The notes under the pieces were generated by a model. That model worked only from the letters and a program-made list of their open reading frames with translations, was not told where the DNA came from and searched no databases. From NCBI GenBank assembly GCA_004431415.1, contig QPMI01000061.1, forward strand, positions 90,243 through 154,242: a stretch of 64,000 nucleotides of DNA. The letters are read 5' to 3'. Positions 52,122 through 62,751 of this stretch are shown here, in pieces. Both the position numbers and the translations under genes were made by a program. The DNA comes from Cyanophora paradoxa CCMP329. Its lineage: Eukaryota > Plantae > Glaucophyta. Position 1 is the stretch's first letter; the number at the start of each line of letters is the position of its first letter.

Positions 52122-55100
52122 CTACTTGCGGATGCAGTAGGAGTTGCCGGAGGCCTCGAGGAGGTCGCGGGCGACCATGCCGTTGAGCATCCCCTGCAGC
52201 TCCGTCGAGGTCAGCGCCGTCGTCCCCGAGAGCATCTTGAGGATGTTGTGGATGCGGTCCAGCGGCAGCCCGTCGGCGTAGCTCCGCAGCAGCCCCAGCA
52301 CCAGGCTCTCCTGCACCCCGGCCTCCTGCTGCCGCAGCGCCGCCGCGCTCGTCACCGTCTCCCCCTCCTCGCCCTCGTCGCCCCAGCCGTAGGCGGGGCC
52401 CTCCCCGGGGCCCTCCTCGTGCGCCGGCGTGCCCGGCGGGGCGTGCTCCACCACCTCGTAGAGGTCGCGCGCGCCCGGCACCTCGCGCAGCACGCCGGAC
52501 CCGATCCAGAGGCCGAGGCGGCGGCGCACGGCGTCGGGCTCGGCGCCGACGGCGTCGGCGAGCTGCTCGAGGGAGCGCTGCGCCGCGCCCGGGGCGGCGA
52601 AGGCGTGGACGATGGCGGCGTGGAGCGGGGGGACGGTGAAGGAGCGGGTGCGGCCGTCCTCGAACGAGAGCTCCAGGGTGACGGCCCCCAGGGAGCCCTT
52701 CCACCGCAGCTCCCGCGGCGTCTTCAGCTCCCGGTACGCCCGCGCGTACCGCTCCAGGCCCCTGGCCCCGCCCGCCCCGCTCGCACCCGCCCCCGCGGGG
52801 CAGGAGGGGGGTAGGCGCGCACTCCTGGACCTCGGGGGGCAGGGTGACGTCCTGGGACTGGACGGGGGGCCAGAACTCGGCGGAGATGATGGTGGCGTCG
52901 AGGTGGGGCGGGGGCGCCGCCTCCGTGGCCTTGAAGTCGTGGTGGATGCTGGCGTTGACGCGGCGCGAGTCGAGGACGTCCTTGAGCATGATGTCGCAGG
53001 AGTGGAGCGGGGCCTCCCCGAAGCGCAGCTTGAGGAGCTCCACGTTGGCGAGCTCGCGGTGCGTCTCGTAGCTCGGCGCCAGCAGCAGCCGCTCCGCCAG
53101 CATCACACGGTACTCCTTCACGAACACCTGCGCCCCGCCCCGCCCCCGCGCTCGCCACGCCCCGCGGGGGCCCCGGCAAGGGAGCGGCGGGGCGCCGGCG
53201 CGCCTCGCGGGAGCCGTAGATGTTGACGAGGGTGCCGACGACGTCCCAGCGCCGCCGCGAGCGCGAGGGGCGCGCTGCGGGGCGCGGGGGTGAGGCGGGG
53301 GCGGGCGGGGCGGGCGGGGGCGGGGCGCACTGGGGTCGGCGTCGACGGGGTCGGGGAGCCAGGGGAGGGGCCCCTCGTCCCCGGACTCGTCCGAGTCCGC
53401 CTCGTGCCCCGCCCCCGCCGCCCCCGCCCCCGCCCCCGCCCCCGCCCCCGCCCCGTCCGAGAAGAGGTCCTGGCTCCCGTCGTCCAGCAGGCTCGTCAGG
53501 ATGCACCGGATCGTGTCCTTCCGCTGCCTGCGCCCCAGCTCTCAGCGCGGCGGGGCGGACGGGTAGGGCGGGGCGGGCGGGGTAGGGGGGGCGGGCCGCA
53601 GGTAGGCCTTGACGGGGTCGGCGATGGCCTCAAGCAGCACGCCCGACGGGTCCAGCACCCGCAGCGCCTGCGCAGCGCCCTCAGCGCCCCGCCCCGGCCG
53701 CGAACCGGCGCCCGGCGGGCCTTGATCGTGGAGACGAACTGCACGATGATGTCGACGGTGTTCGCCCCCGCGTGCAGCAGCCGCTTGCTCAGCCTGCGCC
53801 CCGCCCTCAGCGAGGGAGGAGGAGGATGTGGGGGCGGGGCGGGGGCGGGGCGGGGGGCACGAGGCGCGGAGGGAGGCGATGAGGCGGGGCTGGAGGTCGG
53901 TGACGCGGAGGCAGGCGCGCAGGTCGCGCAGCGCGGGCAGCGACTCCGGGAAGTCCGTGATGATGTCGAAGAGCTCCGAGATGCTGCCGCCGGCTCAGCG
54001 AGGCCCCGCGGCCCCCGAGGCGCCCCCGCTGGGGGACGGGGCGCACCGGAGCTGCCCGAGGGTCTCGTAGACGAAGAAGCGGAGGCGGGCGCGGGACTCG
54101 CACAGGGGCGCCTCGGAGGCGAAGGGGGCGCCCCGGGGGCGAGCGAGGGCGGCGTGGAGCCAGGGCCAGAGGGAGCGGTCCACCCAGCGGAGGAGGCGGG
54201 GCAGGGTGCGCGCCTCGAAGGCGCCGCGGGCGGGCCCGAGGATGCGGGCCTCGACGCGCTCGTAGGCGGCGTCCCCCGCCACCTCGTGCAGCAGCGCGCC
54301 CAGGCCCAGCTCGTGCACCTGCCCGCAGAACGCCCCGAACGCCTCCCACGCCCCCGCCTCCCCGCCCTGCTCCGCCCCCTCCGCCCCCTCCCCCTCCTCG
54401 CCCTCCTCCTCGCCCTCATCCTCGGCCTCGGCCTCCTCCTCGCCCTCGGCGTCCTCGCCGGCGTCCTCGTCGTCGCCGCCGCGCTGGAGGCGCGCCTCGA
54501 GCTCCGCCTCGTCCACCATCTCGTACGCCTCCCCCGCGCCGGGCCCCGCGCCCTCCGCCCCTGCCGCACCGCCCCCTCGGCCGCGCCCGCCCGCCGCGCT
54601 GCCGGGGGCGGAGGGGCCGCACCGGCGTCCTCCATCTCGACGGCAGAGGAGCGCGGCTGCTTGCCCAGGGAGCGCAGGCGGCGGAGAAGGAAGTGGGAGA
54701 GGGCCGACCGCAGCCGGCTCGGCGTCTTCGCCGCCCACTGCGGACACTGGCTGAACAGCACCGCGCGGAAGCGCGCACGTAGGCGTTCGGGCAGCGGCAT
54801 GCCCCTGCGCGAGCGCCGCGGCCGGCCGCGCGTTAGCTAAGGGGGCGGGTCGGCGATAGGATCGCGCACCCGTCCTGCTGGCCGGGGCGCTCGTGCAGCC
54901 ACGATGCGACGCGTATGACGTTAGATACCGACTCGTGCAGCGCCCGGAACGCCGCGACGAGCGCTCCGTCGGCCGCCGGCGTCGCCTCCTGCGCCGCATT
55001 TCAAAAACGAGCGCCGGCCGGGCGGCGGGGAGCGCGCCTGGCAGGCGGCCATGTCGCGCCAGAATACCGGAGCGATGCTATCCGCAAAGTGAGCCTGCGC

Positions 55101-55380
55101 GTTCTCTGCAGGGGGCTCAGCACGAGGCGCTGTTCGCGGCGCGGCGGAAGCACCGAAGAACCAGCCCTCAACTAGGTCTTGCAGCCCGCTATCGTAGAGC
55201 ACCCTGATGTGTCCTGCGCTTGCGCGCTCACTGGGAGGCTCAGCGCGCGGTTGGCGACAGCAGACCTTCCAGCCCGGCATCGGGCGAGCGGACGCGCCCA
55301 GCGGCAACGTCCGCCACGCGACCGAGCCAAGCGCTCGACGAGAGAGCTGCGAAGGCAGCTTCTGCCTGCGCGACGCTCAT
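52122..55380 (-). CDS. ANAPC2: Anaphase-promoting complex subunit 2 (cullin-like)
   Basis: LFDIITDFPESLPALRDL, RLLHAGANTVDII, LRVLDPSGVLL, RKDTIRCI, WLPDPVDA, LVNIYGS, FVKEYRVMLAERLL, ELLKLRFGE, IISAEFWP, LPLDRIHNILKM. Start approximate. Confidence 0.96.
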
Positions 55381-55458
55381 CGCATGGACGCGTTGCACTG
55401 TACCCGGCATCGGCTCGACCTCCCATCTTCTTCCTGAAAAGTGGCTGCGGGCCCAGCG

Positions 55459-56897
55459 ATGTACGCGTTTGGAGCGATACGAGCAATGTCGTCGGTGCGT
55501 GGAGACGCGCGGATTGCCGGCTGCCCCGTGACGTCTGCGGACTTGACTGGTGGCGCAGATCGCAGGCCGCCCAGTCGGTCTCGCGCATGTGCGGCGTTTC
55601 GCAGATTCAGCCGAGGCGCCGGGCTTCAAGCTGCCCAAACTTCTCGGCGTCGTGGGCGCGGGGCAGGTGGGCGCCTGCCGTCGAGGTACGCCGTCACGAG
55701 AGCGTCCGAGCGAGCCGGCGTGCGCAGATGGGCTCGGGCATCGCACTCACCGCCGCGAATGTCGCCGAGGTGCGCCGGGCGCCGCAGTGCGCGCGCGCGC
55801 CGCCTCCGCCGAGGGCGCATGCATATGCATGCACTACGTATACACTCTGACAGGTTTGCTCTGACAGATCCCCACGGTGATTTACGACGCGTCCGAGGCG
55901 GCCCTGACGCGCTCGCGGGAGCTGCTCGAGAAGGAGCTCAGCAAGCGGGTAACGAAGGGGAAAATGTGTGGGGGGTACCCCGTCTTATCTAGACGGATAT
56001 ACATATAGCCGCCGGTCTGCCTCTGAGGGGGCGGGGGCGGGGTGGAGGACGGAGGCGGGGCGGGAGGCTGTGCTGGGGCGGCTGAGGTTCTCGGGGGCGC
56101 TGGAGGCGCTGGGGGAGGCGGACTTCGTGGTGGAGGCGATCTCGGAGGAGGCCGCCCTCAAGCAGGCCCTCTTCGCCCGCCTCTCCGCCCTCACCCGCCC
56201 CGCCGCCGTCCTGGCCCGCCCGCCCCCCGAGGCCCCGCCCGCCCCGCCCCCCGCCCGACTCGACGCGCCGCAGGCCTCGAACACGTCGAGCATCTCCATC
56301 ACCAAGCTCGCGGCGGCGACCACCCGGCCCGAGGTGCGCGCGGGGCCCGCGCCGCCCGAAGCCGCCTCGGCCCGCTAACCGATCGATGCGGCGGCTCAGA
56401 GCGTGATCGGTGAGCCGGCCAGCGGGCTCGGATCTGAGGCGGGGGCTCGTGAGCGGGGGCCTCTGAGGGGGCTGGGGTGCGGGGGGCCCCGGGCGCAGGG
56501 ATGCACTTCTTCCACCCGGTGGCGGTGATGCCGCTGGTGGAGATCGTGCGCGGGGCGCAGACGGAGGACGCCACCCTCGCCCGCACCACCTCCCTCGCCC
56601 TCGCCATGCAGGCACGCCCCCGCCCCGCCCCCCGCCCCGCCCCCCGCCAGCTCAGCCCCGGCGCCGCCGGCGAGCAGAAGCAGGTGACCCACGCGAACGA
56701 CTCGCCGGGCTTCATCTCCAACCGCATCCTCATGCCGTACAGTGCCGCACCCCTCCCCGCCAGCCCCCGCCCCTCCCCCCCGCTCATGCGCCCGGGCGGG
56801 GCGGCAGTCAACGAGGCGGTGTTCGCGCTGATGGAGCGCGTGGGCACCGCCGCCGACATCGACGCCACCATGAAGCTCGGCACTAACGCCCGCACCG

Positions 56898-56928
<31 letters not shown>

Positions 56929-57288
56929 CCCCGCGTGACGGCGGGCGGGGCGGGGCGGGCAGGTGCCGATGGGCCCGCTGGAGCTCGCCGACTTCATCGG
57001 CCTCGACACCGTCCTCCACATCCTCAACGTCCTCCACTCCCGTGCGCCTGCCCCGGGCCCCGCCCCAGTCCCGGGCCCCGCCCTCCCGCCCCCTGCTGCT
57101 GCTCCTCATGATCACTCCCCCGCGCAGAGATCGGCGACCCGAAGTTCAGGTGAGCGGGCTGGCCATATGCATGGGGGCCCGGGGGAGCATCGGCCCTCCA
57201 TCTACATCTCGCCCGATGCCACCCCACCCTCTACCCCCCGGCCCCTCGCACCCCCCACCCGCCACGCCCCTCTCTGAGGGGGCGAGCA

Positions 57289-57329
<41 letters not shown>

Positions 57330-57451
57330 TGCGCCCTTGGGCGCCTCCGCCCGCCCCCGGCCCGCCCCCCGGCCCCCGAGCTGACGCCGGGGCCCCCAGG
57401 CTGGGGCGCAAGGCCGGCCGCGGCTTCTACCTCTACGGGGCAGCCAAGTGA
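55459..57451 (+). CDS. 3-hydroxybutyryl-CoA / 3-hydroxyacyl-CoA dehydrogenase, mitochondrial-type presequence
   Basis: GVVGAGQMGSGIA, DFVVEAISE, ASNTSSISIT, GMHFF, DSPGFISNRILMP, PMGPLELADFIGLD, GWLGRKAGRGFY. Confidence 0.95.
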
Positions 57452-58029
57452 CGCCGCCCCGGCCGATTGGCGACCGCCCCCGGTCGATCGCGAGGCCGCT
57501 GAGGCCGCGGCTCCCGCTGCGCATTCCGGAGTCACTGAGTTCCGCATGTACACGTACTCTTTGCCCCGCGGGGGCCGGCGCCCGGCCCGGCCTTGGCCCT
57601 CTGTACATGTGCAGCCTGGCAGCAACACTCTGTCTGCCTGCACGTGAATTGCCACGTTCATCCGTTGAACGCTCACCGGGTCACGGGTGGTTCGATCATT
57701 GAATCGCAAAACATGAAAGAGAAAAGGAACATTAACACTGTCACAAGTGTGACAGCGGATCGGGTTCCCCGCCGGACAGACTAGCCAGGGCCTAGTAGCA
57801 CCGTCCGATCACAGTGCCACGGTGTCGCAGTGTTCTACGGTACTACTAGCTATAGGCTGCGCGTACAGTTTGCGCACATTGACCCAATGATAATTATATA
57901 GGAGGGCCATCAATGGGCCAAACGCGAAAAGGCAACTCCGAGAGCTCGAGACTCGGAAGTGACGCTTGGATTGCGGAGGTTCTTATAACCTCCGGGTCAC
58001 AGCTGGGGGGTACCGTAGACGAGGCTGGT

Positions 58030-58120
58030 GATCACCATGATCGCGACGATCGCGATGACGATTCCGATCACGACGATCGCGAAAACGAGACGATCGCGAC
58101 CATTTTCGATCGCGATTTCG
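58030..58120. repeat. Cluster of five GATCGCGA motifs
   Basis: GATCGCGA at 58039, 58048, 58075, 58092 and 58108, plus GATCAC variants. Confidence 0.85.
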
Positions 58121-58275
58121 GGGAGGGGGTCCATTTTGGGCCGGGGTAGAGAAAATAAATGCGAAAAGGCCGAAAAGTGCGTTTTTCACGCGTGAAATCG
58201 ATCGAAAACGAGGGTTCGAATCCCGGGTCCGGATTTGGACTTGGGCAAAATCTCGAGTCAAAATGGGAGAAAAAT

Positions 58276-58340
58276 GGGACCTGGGACTTGGGACTTGGAC
58301 TTGGGACTTGGACTTGGGACTTGGGACTTGGGAAGAGTTG
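58276..58340 (+). repeat. (GGGACTT)n cassette, copy 1
   Basis: About 7 GG(G)ACTT units ending in GGGAAGAGTT. Confidence 0.95.
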
Positions 58341-58433
58341 GAATCAGAGTCTAGACTCAAAAGCGGGGAAATTTTCGGACGGGGAGAAAAATGTCAGGCA
58401 ATCTCTATTACGATTTCCCCTTTGAGTTGCATA

Positions 58434-58744
58434 TGGCATTCGAGAGGCTGCGCGAGTTCTGGCGCTGGCACCTCACAGGACATGACATCCCCGACGTAAC
58501 ACCAGAGCCCAACTTACAGGGCGTGCTTGAAGTCATCCGTCAATATCCGCGTCGATTCAATGAATGGATTGAGTTCCACGCAACGAACCGTTTCCAGAGT
58601 CTCCCCGAGGCCATACGCGAAAATTTCGTGAGGCTGGTGGGGCCAGGCTACGACAACCCTAACAATCATAGACCACGCCAGCTGCGTGACGCGCGAAGCT
58701 CGAAGCGACCGCAGTCTTTTCCGCAGGGAATTGAGAGAGGATAG
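58434..58744 (+). CDS. Hypothetical intronless protein in the element
   Basis: MAFERLREFWRWHLTGHDIPDV...; about 100 aa, protein-like composition, no recognisable family. Confidence 0.4.
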
Positions 58745-59193
58745 ACGGAGGCTTTCAATGGGGCTCCCGCAGATTGTGAGGGGTACAGCCCGGATTACGA
58801 GACTTACCAAGAATTGTACGGCTTCGAAAATCCCTTTGAGAGGGTACTACCAGGGTGAGGGGCCAGGGGGGCCCCTGAGGGTGTACCCCGGCCCGAGACT
58901 CGACCTTCGGCGGACGCACTCGGGCGATTTCCGTCAGGCCGGCTCCCTTTTTCTGCCTTCGGCCAACGCTAAATTTGGCTTTTTTCAGGCCAGTTGGCAA
59001 CGTTTTCCGTTGCGAACTAGACCGCGAAAAAATCGCCCACAAAACCGCGGTCCGCCGCCATTTTGGCTCACTCTTGAAACGGGTTCGCCGCCTTCTCTCA
59101 GCCCAAGGAATCCCGCCTCTCCGAATTTTCACAAGTCCGCTCTCTCAGTCACCTCACGTTTTGCCTTTGCTGATCTCTCTTCCCTTTGCGCAG

Positions 59194-60244
59194 ATGTCGA
59201 TTCCCTCTGAGCTTGTCGAGGACCTTGCCAAGGCCCGTGAGATGTGGGCTAAGTCCCGCGATTGGCCTACCCGTGAAATGGAGAAGCGTGCCCGCAAGCT
59301 GGGGTACCTCTACCAAGCTCACAGCGGAGAAGGCTTCCATACCATCAACCTCAACTTTGTATCCACCCTTCTGCCCAAGTCCAAGCAACCCAAGCCCGAG
59401 CCCAAGCCCGAGCCCGTCGACGTGCCCCCGTCCCCGGCTGGGTCAAGACTCCCACTGGCTGGGCGACCCCAAGCTTTTCGCCGAGTCTGCCGCCGAGACG
59501 CTCGCCTGGGCCTATCCCCTCAAGTCTTCACGAATTCCCCCCTCCGTCATCGTCGTCATCTGCCCCTCAGCCCGTCGCCGAGCCCGCTCCCGAGCCAGTC
59601 GATGACGCCGAGTCCGAGGCCTCTGACGCCGAGTCTGACATCAACGACTTTATCGACTTTGACGTGCCGATTCCATACGACTCTGAGTCCTCTTCCGACT
59701 CTGAAGGCGACAACGAAAACCCGACTCGCAAGCGCCGCATTATCAAGACCAAGTCAATCGTCAAGAAGAAGTTCATGGAGACCACGTCATTCACCGACAA
59801 CTCCGAGCGAGTCAAGAATCCCGCCAAGGAACACGAAAAAGACTTGAAGATCGGCGCTGGCATTGCCCGTTCTCGCGTCACGTCACACTTCAGCAAGCGC
59901 CTGACTCAGCACGTCAAGACCATTGAGAAGCGCATCATCGCCAAGCGCGAAATGGCCGAACTCCGGCGCAAGTTGCGTCACGAGCGCCTTCTTCGTCGCG
60001 AGATGACGCTGGCCAAGATTGCCGAGCGCAAGAAGAAGGAGCAGCGGAACTTAGGGCGCGCGTCGAGGCTCAGCAGCGGCGCGAGGCAGAGGCGGCAGCG
60101 GCCTTGGCGGCGCAGCGCGAGCAGGAGCGGCAGGACTTAGTGCAGGCAGCGCAGGCCCTTCCCCGCATTCCCCTTAAGTCCGCGCCCGAGGCCCCGATTG
60201 ACTTGGTTTCCGATGACGATGATTCTGACTTTGAGATGCTGTAA
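59194..60244 (+). pseudogene. Frameshifted ORF: basic/acidic coiled-coil protein with C-terminal SIM-like IDLVSDDDD
   Basis: MSIPSELVEDLAKAREMW... continues across frames as PEPVDDAESEASD...RKRRIIKTK...KIAERKKKEQ...APIDLVSDDDDSDFEML*. Codon usage stays consistent across the shifts. Confidence 0.6.
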
Positions 60245-60315
60245 ATAGTATTGCGTCATTCCATTGTACATACTTGTAAAAATTGGCCGACTATTCAGTT
60301 ATGACTTGGCGCGAT

Positions 60316-60420
60316 CCTGGGACTTGGGACTTGGGACTTGGGACTTGGGACTTGGGAAGAGTTAGACTCAGGGTCTGGGCCCAGACTTTCTCTGGATCTG
60401 AGAGTTTGCCGTGCCAAGTC
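60316..60420 (+). repeat. (GGGACTT)5 cassette, copy 2 (left arm of an inverted pair)
   Basis: CCT(GGGACTT)5GGGAAGAGTT...CCAGACTTTCTC..GATC...CAAGTC. Confidence 0.95.
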
Positions 60421-60643
60421 CCTAACCACCGGGCAGACATGTAGAGGGGTACGGAAATCTGCATATGACGTTTCTGGTGACATTCCAGGTGAGATTTCAA
60501 GCGAGGTAGAGTCTGAACTGGTGTACGACTTGTAGCATGATACTGGACATGAAAGCTCACGAGAGTATGCAACCGAAAACGGATGTGAAGAGGGGTAGGA
60601 GTTTTCGTGTGAGATGTCGAGAGAAGGAGGGTACGAGATGGGA

Positions 60644-60717
60644 TACGAGTAAAAAAGACTACGAGTAAAAAAGACTACGAGTAAAAAAGAGTATGAGGAG
60701 TGGTAGGAGTAAAAAAG
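60644..60717 (+). repeat. 16-bp tandem repeat TACGAGTAAAAAAGAC, three copies plus a partial
   Basis: Copies start at 60644, 60660 and 60676; a further GAGTAAAAAAG lies at about 60707. Confidence 0.9.
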
Positions 60718-60736
60718 TCGGTAGAAAAACTCACCT

Positions 60737-60845
60737 GACTTGTCTGACAAATTTCTGATCCTGGAGAAAGTCTGGCCGGGACCTGGGTTTCAACTCTTCC
60801 CAAGTCCCAAGTCCCAAGTCCCAAGTCCCAAGTCCAAGTCCCAGG
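60737..60845 (-). repeat. (GGGACTT)n cassette, copy 3, inverted (right arm)
   Basis: Reverse complement reads CCT(GG[G]ACTT)6GGGAAGAGTT...CCAGACTTTCTC..GATC...CAAGTC. Confidence 0.95.
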
Positions 60846-60866
60846 TTTTTCTGAACCTAGGGCAAA

Positions 60867-61228
60867 ATGGCCCTGCTCCGGTGCACCGACTCGCAAGACG
60901 TCGCCTACAACGTCCTGGTCAACTCGGACGTACCCCGAGTGCCTTGGAGTTTCCCTGGAGAGTGGACAGGGACAGGGTGAGCAAGACGTTTGGAGGGCGC
61001 AAGCACTACCTCTCCCAACTGATCCTCGGGAGTCGCCACGTGGACGCTACGTGGAACACATCAACGGCAACCCGCTGGACTACAGGAGGGAGAACCTGCG
61101 CTGGCATCAATGTCGGATATTCGCAAGAAGAGGAGGGGGTACGCCAATTTACAGGAGAAGAGCGAGGAGATTCGGGAGATGATGAGGCGGCACAGGCGCT
61201 AATGCAGCTTAGCCAGTCTAGACGCTAG
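60867..61228 (+). pseudogene. HNH endonuclease (HNH_3 type), frameshifted
   Basis: CAAAATG start MALLRCTDSQD..., then FPWRVD...KHYLSQLILG, and after a shift near 61030 PRGRYVEHINGNPLDYRRENLR, matching VxHINGxxLDNRRENLR. Confidence 0.8.
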
Positions 61229-61326
61229 TGGTGTGAATCTTGGTGTCGTACTCGCGACCAACCGTTTCCCAGGCCACGTAAACTCGGCTCCGGCGCCTGG
61301 CGCTGTCGAGTTGGTAGTCGCAGTCG

Positions 61327-62018
61327 TTAGTCCGCCTCTGCCTCAATTAGTTCGGCCATGAGGTAGAGCCCACGACCATTCCAGAGGTAGGCATTCCGGC
61401 GATGTTGTTGTACAATTGAAAGTGAATTTGTGAAGAGGAGCCGGGGCCAGACCTGGGTACGGGGATTCGAGGCGCCGTATGAATAATCGGTACCGAGGCG
61501 CCGCCCGTGGTGGCATTCGTCATCATCTCCTTTGCGGTCATCTTCCAGAGGTTGTACATCTCAAAGGGAACGGCCTGCGTGGTCTTGTGTGTGGCATCGA
61601 TGAGGGCGCCATCTAAATGCGTTTTGATGTTCGGATTCGCACCATTCCCGAATTTGCGAGTGAGGGCGGTGTTACGGTGAACTTGAGTCGAGCACGCGAA
61701 TGGCGGGCCGATCAGGCACAGAGGCTCTATCTTTTTCAGGAGGCCCGAGAGCCAGAGCGCCTCCGCCTCATCCGCGCTCACGCCCGAGTCGATGTCAAAG
61801 TACACGTACACGGAGCAGGAGGCGGATTCTCGAAATCGTTGGAGGTGACGCGCAACATGACGGGATTCTGGACCCTCACGGTGAGCGGGGTGGCGTAGTT
61901 TCCGTCCCACTCCACCTTGTCCGTCCTGCGTTGGCCACGTTCCCAGCGTTGCCGTAGAAATCGGGACGATCGAGCCGGCAGACACGGTCTTCACGATGGT
62001 GGCCGAGGTGGTCGGCAT
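61327..62018 (-). pseudogene. Element ORF A (about 230 aa, frameshifted), paralog of ORF B
   Basis: AAAATG start MPTTSATIVK...; segments VRVQNPVMLRVTSNDFENP, VYFDIDSGVSADEAEALWLSGLLKKIEP and LYLMAELIEAEAD*. Confidence 0.6.
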
Positions 62019-62027
62019 TTTGCGACC

Positions 62028-62714
62028 TCAAATGAGAAAGATTATCCGTGAAAGAGGGTGATGTCGCCACGCATGTTCATGACGCGGGCCCAGGCACAGA
62101 GTCAGCGTCGGTGCCGTACGCGTAGGAAATCGAGCACTCACGCAGCTCCGCGCAGAGGCTGGCGCCGTGCTGAGTGGGCTGGTCGGCGGCGTAGGAGAGG
62201 GGAAGACCTGAACCTGAAAAAGGTGAAGGGAAGCGGGGTAGAGTCGAGCCGCGTGGGTTGCCGCCCGTGTAGAGGGCCCCCAGGGTCGCGGGACTTGGAT
62301 TGAATTTCGTGAAGAGCACGTCGCCCTTGAGCGTACCCTCATCTGGTAAGTTCCCGTACCCGGAAGATTCGAAGAACTGGGGTACCGGTTCACGGTGGGG
62401 CCGTACCCCGTCTCCCTGAACTTGACCTCGAGACAGCGCAAGACGTTGGCAGTGGCCGTGGCAGGTGCCACCTTTTTCACGAGTCCTGATTCGTGCAGCA
62501 GCTCGATAACCTCTGCGCTGAGGCTCAGAGGGTCGAAGAAGAGCTGGTAGAATAAATCTTGGGCGTGGCGTAGGCGTTCTGAACGACCTGAATCACGACG
62601 GGATTCTGCAGAAAGACGTCGACGTAACTGCCGGAGGGTATGCGTGCGAAATCCTTGGTGTTGTTGCCAACGTCAAGTGAGCCGCTGAGGGTCTGGTTAC
62701 CAGTTGGAAGTCAT
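62028..62714 (-). pseudogene. Element ORF B (about 220 aa, frameshifted), paralog of ORF A
   Basis: Segments VFLQNPVVIQVVQNAYATP, LFFDPLSLSAEVIELLHESGLVKKVAP and SLCAELREC. 3' end approximate. Confidence 0.6.
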
Positions 62715-62751
62715 TTACCCGGGGCAGATATTTTTCGGATCGTAGAGGAAA

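Noticed and set aside
58030-58120. Cyanobacterial HIP1 (GCGATCGC) signature
   Set aside because: The motif here is GATCGCGA without the full octamer and is confined to one cluster.
60277-60287. Mimivirus-type early promoter AAAATTGA
   Set aside because: The sequence is AAAATTGG, occurs once, and lies downstream of a stop rather than upstream of an ORF.
58276-60845. (GGGACTT)n as a true telomere or CRISPR array
   Set aside because: The arrays are short, internal, in both orientations and not a TTAGGG/TTTAGGG-type unit. There are no unique spacers and no cas genes.
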